NCBI GenBank assembly: GCA_031835245.2
Contig: JAVKOQ020000027.1
Coordinates: 308,257 to 328,256, forward strand
Reading direction: 5' to 3'
Length of the DNA stretch: 20,000 bases
DNA from: Balamuthia mandrillaris
Taxonomy: Eukaryota
This document shows positions 9,998-19,373 of the stretch, piece by piece; within the stretch, counting starts at the first letter, position 1; each line of letters opens with the position of its first letter. The notes under the pieces are model-generated. The model was not told the DNA's origin and made no database searches. It saw only the letters and a list, made by a program, of their open reading frames with translations. The translations under genes were made by a program, and so were the position numbers.

Positions 9998-11284
9998 TTA
10001 GTTGTTGGTTGGAGAATGAGCGAACGAGGAGGGAGAAGGAAAGACTCGATGAGGATGATGGTCGTTGAAGCAAGTATCCATAGCCCACCGCACGTCCTCC
10101 TTCGCTGTTGCGCAAAACTCCTATTTTGTTTTTGTTAACATACTAAAAAAGCAAATAGCAAGAGAGAAGGGAAGAAGAGAGCAGAGCGAGAGTGAGAGGG
10201 AGGAGTGAGAAAGAGGAGAATTACTTTGGTAGATAAAAGAGCACTATTAAAGGTACACCGTTCAAGCTCAGGGGATTGAGGAGCAAGATGACCGCAGTCG
10301 GCAAGCTTAGCAGCCCGCACCTCCGTACAGGCCCTTAGCTTGCAGCTGGAATACAGACCACGATGCCGACAACCCTTTTTTTCGAAAGAATAATAAGAAT
10401 ATGAGAGAGAGAGAGAGAGAGAGAGAAAGGCAAAAGGCAAAAGGAAACGAACGTCATAGACGTGAATGAGCTCATGCAAGAGGCTTTTACGAGCCTCGCT
10501 CTCGGTCAGGAGGGCGTTGGCGCAGACGCTCACCACCTGCTGCCTCTGGTTGTAGTGTGCGCAGGGGACTTGCCCTTGCGGCGTCTTGTTGCAGAGAGTG
10601 CACACGGTTCTCAGCCGCCGACACCTTTTTGTGGAGCGGCAAGCAAAAAAACAAAGATGGCGTCAAAAGTGAGAGGAGAAAGAAGAGAAGCATGAAGAAT
10701 GGATGAAGAAGGAAGAAGGGTGGATGAAGAAGAAAGAAAGAAGAAAGCAGAAAGGAGGAAGAATGAAGAATGGAGGAGGAAGGAGGAAGAATGGATGAAG
10801 AAGGAAGAAAGAAGTAAGCAGAAAGAAGAATGCAGAATGATAGGCAAACAACATACTCTGGAAAGCTGTGAATCTCGGCCAAGAGGTTGCCGATCTGCTG
10901 GTCCGTTTTGAGCACGTGAGCGAGCACGATGTTGCAAAGGCCTATGCCAGAGGGCAGCTTCCTGGGCAGCTGCCGAGCCCGTCGTTGTTCCTCCTCCTGC
11001 TGCCGAGCAAAGAGCCTTCTTCGTGGGTCTTCTTCGGGATAATTGGGAAAGAGATGCGGTCGATCGGCGTCGCCCAGCGCTTCTTCTGCTTTGTTGTTGT
11101 TGCTGTTGGACGTGCAACCCCCGAACCAGTCTTTCCAACCGTCCAACCATCGCTTCTCCGAGGTTGATGAAGAAGAAGTAGTAGAAGAAGGAGAAGAAGA
11201 GGTGGAAGCATGCGTGGAAGGCTTTGTGGTTGAATCCGAAAAAGAGGATGAAGAAGAGGAGGGAGTGGGTCTTTGCTCACTCAT
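9998..11284 (-). CDS. ATP23: Mitochondrial inner-membrane metalloprotease ATP23 (peptidase M76), about 290 aa; exons 11284-10857, 10624-10453, 10374-10225, 10120-9998
   Basis: VSVCAN, HELIHVYD (HEXXH), RACTEVRAA, C-terminal TCFND; exons total 873 nt (291 codons). Confidence 0.9.
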
Positions 11285-11504
11285 CTCTTTAAATTTTTTT
11301 TTTAAAAAAAGAAAAAGAGAGAAAGATGCTATGGCATGAGTTGCACAGAACGACTGTGTTTTTTTGAACGGAGAATGGAGAGAAAGAGAGAGGACGAAGA
11401 GCTGGCCCGGCCCTCAAGGCACGTTCTCTCCTCTGTGCTCTTCTTCGAAGTTCTTTCATTTTTTCCTCGAAATCAATAATTATCGCCCAAAATTTTCAAT
11501 AAAT

Positions 11505-11606
11505 ATCGACACCAATCGACTCATTTATGTTGTCGACAAAAGTATTTTGCCGACAGTATTTTGTCGACATTTGAATGTCGACAAAATACTGAATATCATG
11601 TCGACA
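11505..11606. promoter_or_regulatory. TCGAC-core motif array with a perfect 18-bp inverted repeat in the ATP23/PTPA divergent promoter
   Basis: TGTCGACA at 11531, 11562, 11576, 11599; TGCCGACA at 11548; ATCGAC at 11505 and 11515; arms 11554-11571 and 11574-11591 are exact reverse complements. Confidence 0.65.
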
Positions 11607-11638
11607 CGAATCTAGAGGAGAAGACCGAGAAGAAGAAG

Positions 11639-13294
11639 ATGGAGCCGACACGATTCCCCACGAGAGGAGGGGCTCCGCCGCCCACCAACTCCACGGCCAC
11701 TTTCTTTCCTGATGTCATGACGCGAGCACCTTTCGCACGTCGTCCCGTCGCCCCGCAAAGCTCCATTTCACCGCATAGCTCCGTCGCGCTGACCTCTTCA
11801 TCGTCGCAACAGCAACAACAAAGCAACAAGGAAGGTTTTGTGGTGCCACAAAAGAACATAAAGACGCCGATGGACCTCAACCGCTTCCTCGTGAGCGACA
11901 CCTACAAAGTGCTGTTGACCTGGATCGAGGCCCTCAACAACTCTGTCAAACGCAAGGCCAACACCGTCGACTGCACTGTTTCTCCTGTAGGAGCTGCTCT
12001 TCTCCTCTTCTGCTGCTTCTTCTCTTCGTTCTCTCTTCTTACCCTTGTTTTTTTTTAACTACAAAACACAAGACGGTCTCAGGAATGGCCTCTTTGGTGA
12101 AGAAGCTGAGCCAAATGGTGGACGAGGTGCCTCCAGAGGAGGGCAGCATGCGTTTTGGCAACAAGGCGTTCCGCACTTGGCACCAGCAACTCGTTGAGGT
12201 TCTCTCTTCTTTGCTTTTCTCGTTCTCTTCTCTCTCTTCTCTCTCTTCTCTCTCTTCTCTCTCTTCTCTCTCTTCTCTCTCTTCTCTCTCTTCTCTCTCT
12301 TCTCTCTCTTCTCTCTCTTCTCTCTCTTCTCTCTCTTCTCTCTCTTCTCTCTCTTCTCTCTCTTCTCTCTCTTCTCTCTCTTCTCTCTTCTCTCTTCTCT
12401 CTTCTCTCTTCTCTCTTCTCTCTTCTCTCTCTTCTCTCTTCTCTCTCTTCTCTCTTCTCTCTTCTCTCTTCTTTCTCTTCTCACTCTGTTTTGCGTCTTG
12501 TTCTGTGTGTTATCGTAACACCAATAAATAGAGAGTGGAAGACCTCCACAAGGAAGTACTTCCAGAGAGCCTTCATCCGGCCATTATAGAGCTGTCCGCC
12601 TACCTGCTGGACAGCTTTGGCAATTCCACGAGGATAGACTACGGCACCGGCCACGAGCTTCACTTTGTGCTTTGGATGTATTGCTTTTATGCTCTGGGGC
12701 TTGTTAAACAGGAGGACATGACGGCCCTCGTCACAAGGGTCTTTTCGGAGTATCTCTCGCTTGTGAGGAAGATACAAACAACCTACGGGCAGGAACCGGC
12801 TGGCTCTAGAGGCGTTTGGTGCTTGGATGACCATCAATTTGTACCATTCATTTGGGGTGCTGCTCAGCTCATCGGTAAATATGCTTCAGTTTTTCACTAG
12901 TTGTTCTTCTGCTTCTGCTTCTGCTTCTGCTAACCTTATGGCATTTCCTCATTAGACAACGATAGCATCAAACCAGACGCTATAATGAACCAACAATTGG
13001 TAGAGAGAGAAGGCGACAACTACCTCTACCTGGGATGCATTCGACACATCAACCGGGTCAAGTCTGGTCCTTTCTTTGAACACTCCCCCGATCTCTATAA
13101 CATCAGGTCTTGTTCTTTCACTTTTCCCGTTAGCCTTATGCTAAATGCCTTTTTTTTTTATTTTGTAATGCAGTGGCGCATCGTCTTGGTTGAAGATAAA
13201 CAAAGGGATGATCCGCAAGTACATAGACGATGTTCTCAAAAAGTTTCCTGTCATGCAACACCTTCTCTTTGGTTCCCTCTTTCGCTTTGAATGA
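11639..13294 (+). CDS. PTPA: Serine/threonine phosphatase 2A activator (PTPA/RRD family), about 362 aa; exons 11639-11986, 12073-12198, 12532-12874, 12956-13106, 13174-13294
   Basis: Family motifs [84 protein letters not shown]; exons total 1089 nt. Confidence 0.96.
12224..12482. repeat. Pure-pyrimidine minisatellite, unit TCTTCTCTC (9 nt) with 7-nt TCTTCTC variants, in PTPA intron 2
   Basis: Directly visible; lies within intron 12199-12531. Confidence 0.95.
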
Positions 13295-13577
13295 ATGTGC
13301 TTATTGTTTAATTTTAAAAAAACTTGGTGTGCGTCTGAGTCGTCGCACTCCTTTTCCTTTCCTCTGCTCGGCCTTCCTTGGCACTGGAAGTTTGTTGGAT
13401 GAATGCGGTTGCGCCACCTTTGCAACCAACCGCGGTTGAGAAACACGAGCAAAAGAGGGAGTGGACGAGAAAGGAGGTATCCATTTATAACGGACATTTT
13501 TAATAATATACAAGATAAAAGGATATATAGGATAGTATAACAAAGAATAACACAAAGCGAAAGAGAAAGAGAAGCAC

Positions 13578-14729
13578 ATGATGGACACGACCCACAACGA
13601 CGAGCGGGAGATCGCCTCTGGTGCGCCCTCCGACCGAGATAAGGAACCAGCACTCCGGGATCAAAAGCGCAGGCATCGTGGAGGCTGCGAAGAGGAGGAC
13701 GAAGAAGAAGCCGAGGCAGAACACCCCGCACAACCCGCTCCGAAGAAACAGCGAGCACGGAAAGAAAGAAAGAAGGACGGGTCCGCTGGAGACGCGGCAG
13801 GTGGTTGGTCGTGGGAAGACTTGCCGCAAGAACTGCTGTGCTCCATTCTGGATGCAGTGGACCGGCCGTTTGCGGGCATCGCTGCCAGGACCTGCAGCGC
13901 TTGGTACTCCTGCACCGCAGCCCACCGTCGCCACCGTCTGTCCATACAAGCAGTGTGCGGCTCTATCCCGCTGCTCAAATGGGCGGTGGAGGAGAACGGC
14001 TGCCCGCTGAACGCGGAGGTGGCTGCCGTCCTGGCCAAGCAGGGCAAGCTGGAGGTGCTGCAATGGGCTCGAGAGGAGAAGGGCTGCCCTTGGGATGCCT
14101 TTACCTGCTGCCACGCTGCTGGAGGCGGGCACATCGAGGTGCTGAAGTGGGCGAGAGCAAACGGGTGCCCTTGGGACGAGAGGACTTGCAGCTACGCCGC
14201 GAACCACGGCCATTTGGAGCTGCTGCGATGGGCTCACGAGGAGATGGGCTGTCCCTGCGACGAGTACACTTGCTTCGCTGCGGCCGAGAACGGCCACCTG
14301 GAGGTGATGAAATGGGCAGTAGCGCATGGGTGCGCTTGGTGGGAGCTGACCTGCGCGCTGGCCGCCAAGCGCGGGCATTTGGAAGTGCTGCGATGGCTGC
14401 GGGAGAACGGCTGTCCTTGGGATGAGCAGACCTGCGCCTACGCCGCCAGGAACGGGCACCTGGCGGTCTTGAAGTGGGCGAGAGAGCGCGGATGCCCCTG
14501 GGACAAAACGACTTGCAGCAATGCCGCTGGGGGCGGCCACTTGGAGGTGCTGCAATGGGCCAGGGAGAACGGCTGTCCGTGGGACCAAGATACGTGTTCC
14601 GCTGCTGCGTTGCATGGGCGTTTGGAGGTGCTGCAATGGGCCAGAGAGCACGGGTGTCCATGGGGCGAGCAGGCACGTACCTGGGCGGTAAGGCAAGGCT
14701 ATACAGGCGATCTCACACCAAGCGGCTAA
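13578..14729 (+). CDS. Intronless ankyrin-like repeat protein (GCPW-type 27-28 aa repeats) with F-box-like motif and basic NLS-like segment, 383 aa
   Basis: Nine GCP/GCAW units such as GCPWDERTCSYAANHGHLELLRWAHEE; WEDLPQELLCSILDAV...AARTCSAW is F-box-like; PAPKKQRARKERKK; uninterrupted GC-rich ORF. Confidence 0.9.
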   Translation: MMDTTHNDEREIASGAPSDRDKEPALRDQKRRHRGGCEEEDEEEAEAEHPAQPAPKKQRARKERKKDGSAGDAAGGWSWEDLPQELLCSILDAVDRPFAGIAARTCSAWYSCTAAHRRHRLSIQAVCGSIPLLKWAVEENGCPLNAEVAAVLAKQGKLEVLQWAREEKGCPWDAFTCCHAAGGGHIEVLKWARANGCPWDERTCSYAANHGHLELLRWAHEEMGCPCDEYTCFAAAENGHLEVMKWAVAHGCAWWELTCALAAKRGHLEVLRWLRENGCPWDEQTCAYAARNGHLAVLKWARERGCPWDKTTCSNAAGGGHLEVLQWARENGCPWDQDTCSAAALHGRLEVLQWAREHGCPWGEQARTWAVRQGYTGDLTPSG

Positions 14730-14826
14730 GAGCTGGGAAAACAGAGGAAGCACCACAACGAAAAAAAGGATCGAAACCCAACAAACAAAATAAAAGGAGA
14801 AAGAAGAGCTCACTTCAGTTTACTGA

Positions 14827-17800
14827 TTAGTAGGCTCTGTGTCTGAGCATGATGGTGTCACGCAAGTTGTAATGCTTGAGAACGCGGTAATAAGCGGGCA
14901 CGTTGTTCTTCTTGAGATGCTTCAAGAGGGCTCTGCGCCTGTCGACGAGACCTTGCAGCGCCCTCTTCAGGTTTTGATCCTTGTGATTCTTCTTCAGAGC
15001 TTCTCCCATGTAGTTGATCTTTTCTGTTAGTACCGCCACTATTTTCCCGTCGTGTGTTGTTGTGTGTTAGTTTTCTATAGAAACAATAAAACAACTCAAA
15101 CCAAAAGCATGAGGTTAAGTCACCTTGAACTTCAGAGGATCCAGTATCGTTCTCGGTTCTTCTAAAGGTCTGAACGGCTCTCTTGACGCGGTATGCTGTT
15201 TTCTCACGGTCGGTGGCGTACCTGAAGCTCAGCAGCTCCCTCACCTTGGGAGAGGCGCCGATCTCCTCCAGCTCCTCCTCCGTCACCCCAAAGCGATAGG
15301 CGTTGACCAAGTCTGGTGCTATCGATGGCTTGGCCCCTATTCGATGGTTACAACAATAACAATAAGAAAAACTAACGAAAATACAAAATACACTTTCCAC
15401 AAAGAAAAACTAAACATACCATCAAGAAAGGCTTGATCTTTTACGGCCTGCATCCTTTTGAGGTTATGGAACACGGTCTCCTTCTGGCTCTGTGTGAGAA
15501 GCGGCAGCTGGTCGAGGAACTGCCATCGCTGGTTGGGTGGCACGCTCATCACCTGGTCGTAGAGTGTGTTGATGTAATGGTCCGCTTCCAAAGCCTTGTC
15601 AATGTAGTCCATATCGACTCCAGTTCCCATAGCCTCTTCCTCTTTGAATTGTTCCAGCATTTCATTAAAATGTTGTTTTTCTTCTTCGCTGCTGAATTCA
15701 TGATGCTCTTCTCCCTCTTCTTCTGTTTCTTCTACTTCTACTTCTGCTTCTGCTTCTGCTTCGTCTTCTCCTTCTCCTTTTGGTTGAATTCTTTCTCGCA
15801 CCAGCTTGACCAGAGCTTCTTCTCTTCGTTGGGCAGCTATTTCGGCCGGTATTTCTTCAGCTTCAAGTTGTGGCGGGAGCAGTTCTTGTTGTTCTTTCAC
15901 CCATTGTTCTCCAATTTCCAACAAGGACTCGAGTGCTTCTGTGAGATTAGGGGGCAGACCTACGGGCTCCTCCAAAATGCTCTTCTCCAGCTCCGCAAAC
16001 TCGCTCTCCTTCTCTTCGTCCGTCTTTGGTTCATATAGTGGTTCGTGTAGCTGGGATTGGAGTCGCTCTATAAAGGCCTCTTTGGCTGTCCTTCGTTCTG
16101 GGGTGATTGAGCCGGCTTTGAGTTCGGCCTGGAGCTTTTGGATCCAACTCTCCAAGATCTGTTGTCGTTGTTGTTCTGCCTGCTTCCTTCTCTGCTCTTC
16201 CTTCTCCCATTTCACCTGAAACTGTTCTCGCGTCTGTTCTACCTTTAATTTCAGCCTAGTGGCGCGAGCATCTGGATCCTCCTCTTCACACATTTGCTTA
16301 ATTGCTTCCCTTGCCTGAGCCAAAGAGTTGGCGAAATCTTGTTTCACAAGGTTAAGGCAAGCCTGTTCCTTTTGCAAAAACTCCATTAACTGGCTATCAA
16401 GGGAGTCTTTGGAAGTGAAGGTGCGGTATTCCATCTCCTTCAACTCCTCCAACACTCGCAGCTGTTCCTCAGTGAGCTGTCGCTTGCTTTTCGCGAGTTC
16501 GATGGCTCGATCCACACTCATCTCCTTCATAGCGTCCCAATTCACCTCTTTAGCCAAGTTAACCAGCTCATCTACTTGTTGTTTGAGTTGTTGAGCCCTC
16601 TCTTTCAGCTCGACCTTTTGTTTTGCTTCGTCAATTATTGGGTGGTTGTCGTTTTGCAAAAGTTGCGCCGCGTCTTCTGCGCTTTGCAATTCTTGTCCTA
16701 TGGCACGATTGACAACATCGAAGCGTTGCAAGAACTGCTTGGCGGCAGCCCAATCCTCCGGATTCTTCACTTGAGAGGACCAAAGCTCATCCCAACTCAA
16801 ACCAGCGGCTTCCAGTTTCTTCAGCAGCTCATCCCATTCGTTAACCCAGCGAGAGGCTTCGTCGGCTTTCTGTTGAGCGGAAAGAAAGGTGCCGGCAAAG
16901 TCAACACCAGAAGAAGCGGCAGAGATGTTGAACCAAGTGGCTAGCTTCTCAATGGAGGGGAGTTGGGCTTGTTCTTCGAGGACTTCCTGAAGTTCAGGGA
17001 TCATTATGGGGCGGTTAAGGATTCGGGATACATTCTCATAACGTTCGCTTTGTTGTAGTTGCTGCAGTCTTTGGGTTGTAGCTTCGTTACGTTTTCTCTC
17101 CTCCTCTGTTTGCAGTATCTCTCTAATGTCGGTTGTAATACGAATGGCCTTCCAGTCTTTTTAGTCATTCGTGTTAAAAATATTAGCCACAAAGAACAGG
17201 AAGGCGAAGAAGAGGAAGAAAGGCACAAATCAACAGAGAAATGAGAGCAAGAAGAACAAACACTACGTACAATGATCCGTCCAAAAGGGTTGACGCTCCC
17301 ATTGGCCGCGTTCATTGTAAAAGCCACGCGGAGTCTTGATGCTCTTGATCCACTGCTTCACGGTGGCCGGATAGAGGTTAAAGTACTTGAGATCGCCGAG
17401 CGTGGTGCGTCCCTCGTAGGGAGAGGGGATGTTAGCGGCCAGCTCGGCTTCTTGCGTTCGTGTGAGCTCCGCTCCCTTGCTCTTCTTTTTTACAAAGGCA
17501 GAGGAGAACGGGAAAGCGGAAGCGGAAGCAGAAGGGGCGAAAGAGGGAGCAGAAGCGGCAGAAGAAGCGGAAGCAGACGAGGAGGAATCCTTGAAAGGAG
17601 AGGATGGAAAGAACTTGGAGAAGGCTTTCTCCAGTTCCTCTGTATTTTTTTTTTTGTGTTTGATTTGGTGAAAGAGGTAAGATGATTTTGAATCGAGTTG
17701 AGAGAGAGAGCAAACCTTTTGTGTTGGGAACGGTTTTTAAATCTTGGAACAGGCTGGTGAGGTGTTTAAGATGGACCTCTTCGTCCTCTTTGCTCGGCCC

Positions 17801-18040
17801 ATCGCTCGCAAAGGTCGCGCGAGAGCCGAACGCAAATGCCGAGCGTGAACGGCCTCGAAGCCCGCTGAGAGAGGTGGAGGAAGCAGCAGCTAAAGCGGAG
17901 CGAGCCTCAAAAAAGGAGGCAGAGCGGGCATCGGCTGACAGCAATCTTCGCGGAGCGGACTCCGAGAGCGACAACACCGCTTTGGGGGCTCTGTTGAGGG
18001 CGCCCCTCCTCCCCGAACTCGCAGCAGCGACGCGCAACAT
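14827..18040 (-). CDS. MRPS15: Mitochondrial ribosomal protein uS15m with very large N-terminal extension, about 951 aa; exons 18040-17716, 17639-17271, 17156-15420, 15336-15124, 15038-14827
   Basis: C-terminal S15 signature FRRTENDTGSSEVQ|VAVLTEKINYM...KKNHKDQNLKRALQGLVDRRRALLKHL; Arg/Ser/Ala-rich presequence-like N-terminus; four GT-AG introns (all phase 1) give a stop-free 2856-nt frame. Confidence 0.85.
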
Positions 18041-18250
18041 GTTCGCGGCTTCTCTTCTCTTCTCTCTTCTCTTTCTTTCTTTCTGCTACGCTTTTTTTTT
18101 TGCTGTTTGATTTGTGTGTGGTGTCGACAAATAATGCGTGGTGGAAGGGAAGATAAATGAACGCAGGCCCTGCTCCCTAGTCAAGCGTCCAAGTTCTTGT
18201 TGGCGGGTCGCCCATAAGGTGGACATGCTCTTGGCCATCGACTGCGAGAG

Positions 18251-18296
<46 letters not shown>

Positions 18297-18404
18297 AGGT
18301 AAAGTAGCTGCCTTGTTGCTGTTCGAGGAGGCCTGTGCTTGTGAACCCTTCGTTCTACCTAACTGGGTGATGACGCTCCGCCCGCCACTGCTTTGCCCCA
18401 GCAC

Positions 18405-19272
18405 TCAGGAAAGGTTCGGTCGTGCGGTGCTAGCTGCAAACATAACCACGCTGTGTGCTTGGCGAGAGGTGATGGACCCAGGCCTGCGATGACCCATACG
18501 TATGTGGGTGAGCTTCACGCAACGACCTCTGAACAAACAAACAAACAAACAAACAAACAGACAAACGCACCGCTTTTCCCTGACGAAACGGATGGCTTCC
18601 TCCGCGGACATGCCCTCCTCTCGCACCAAGTAGCACGCCAACATGGTCCCCGTTCGTCCTATGCCTTTGTGACAGTGAGCCACCACCGCCTGGCCCCTGC
18701 TGACATAGTCCCTGGCCGTTCTCACAAACAGCTCCATCTGCTCCATCGTCGGCACTCCATAGTCTTTTTTTTTAAACAAGATGAAAAAAGAATGAGAAGA
18801 AGAGGTTACCCAAAGGAAGTTGCTTCAGATGAAGAACGAACCTGGAACCGGAATATGCAGAACCGTAGGAAGAACACCCTGCTCTTTCTCTTCTTCATCT
18901 TCTTCTTCTCCCAAAGATGAGGTGGGCGCCAGGACCAAGGGCTCCTCCGTCAGGGTGACCACCAGCCCCACCCCGTGGCGTTGCCGCAGCGCCGCCAGCA
19001 GCCTCCCCGTGGAGGGCCATCGGGGGAAAGCCATCCCCGCCAACCTCCCCTCCACCACCCACCCAAAGTTGTGGGGATGGGGGGGGATCCTTCAGATCCT
19101 TCAGTTCGCTGCTGCTACTCTTTTGTCTGGCGGCGGCAGGCAGCGAGAGGGGAAGAAGAGGGGTGGAGGAGAGCAGGCAAGGGAAAGGGAAAGGGAAAGG
19201 GGAAGAGGGGGCGGGCAATGAGGTGAAGGAGGAGGGGAGGCGTTTCACGAGGCAATGGGAGCGTCTGGACAT
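18405..19272 (-). CDS. DUSP23: Atypical dual-specificity phosphatase (DUSP23-like); exons 19272-18842 (apparent 1-nt frameshift at 19079-19086), 18763-18571, 18483-18405
   Basis: PHNFGWVVEGRLAGMAFP, LVVTLTEEPL, HIPVP|DYGVPT, P-loop HCHKGIGRTGTMLACYL (CX5R), R|RPGSI. The 5' end and the gene symbol are less certain. Confidence 0.8.
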
Positions 19273-19373
19273 GTTTTGCTTCTTCTGCTGGAAGAGAGAA
19301 AGGAAAGAAATGATGAAAGGAAAGGTTTTATGGATGGCTATCTACAAGTTGGTTTCGCGAAGGGAAAGGTTCA

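Noticed and set aside
11505..11606. CRISPR-like or integron attC-like array
   Set aside because: Repeat units are only 8-11 nt, irregularly spaced and in both orientations, with no unique spacers, cas genes or integrase, in a eukaryotic context.
12059..12589. (REK)n, (SSL)n and (LLS)n ORFs
   Set aside because: These are readings of the 9-mer minisatellite inside PTPA intron 2.
13500..14813. 437-aa antisense ORF and other overlapping ORFs on the ankyrin-like gene
   Set aside because: Shadow ORFs caused by GC-rich repetitive codon usage; no recognisable motifs.
15337..17004. 555-aa coiled-coil ORF as an independent gene
   Set aside because: The frame is open upstream to an acceptor at 17157, and its hydrophobic tail is intron read-through after a GTATGT donor at 15419; it is better explained as exon 3 of uS15m.
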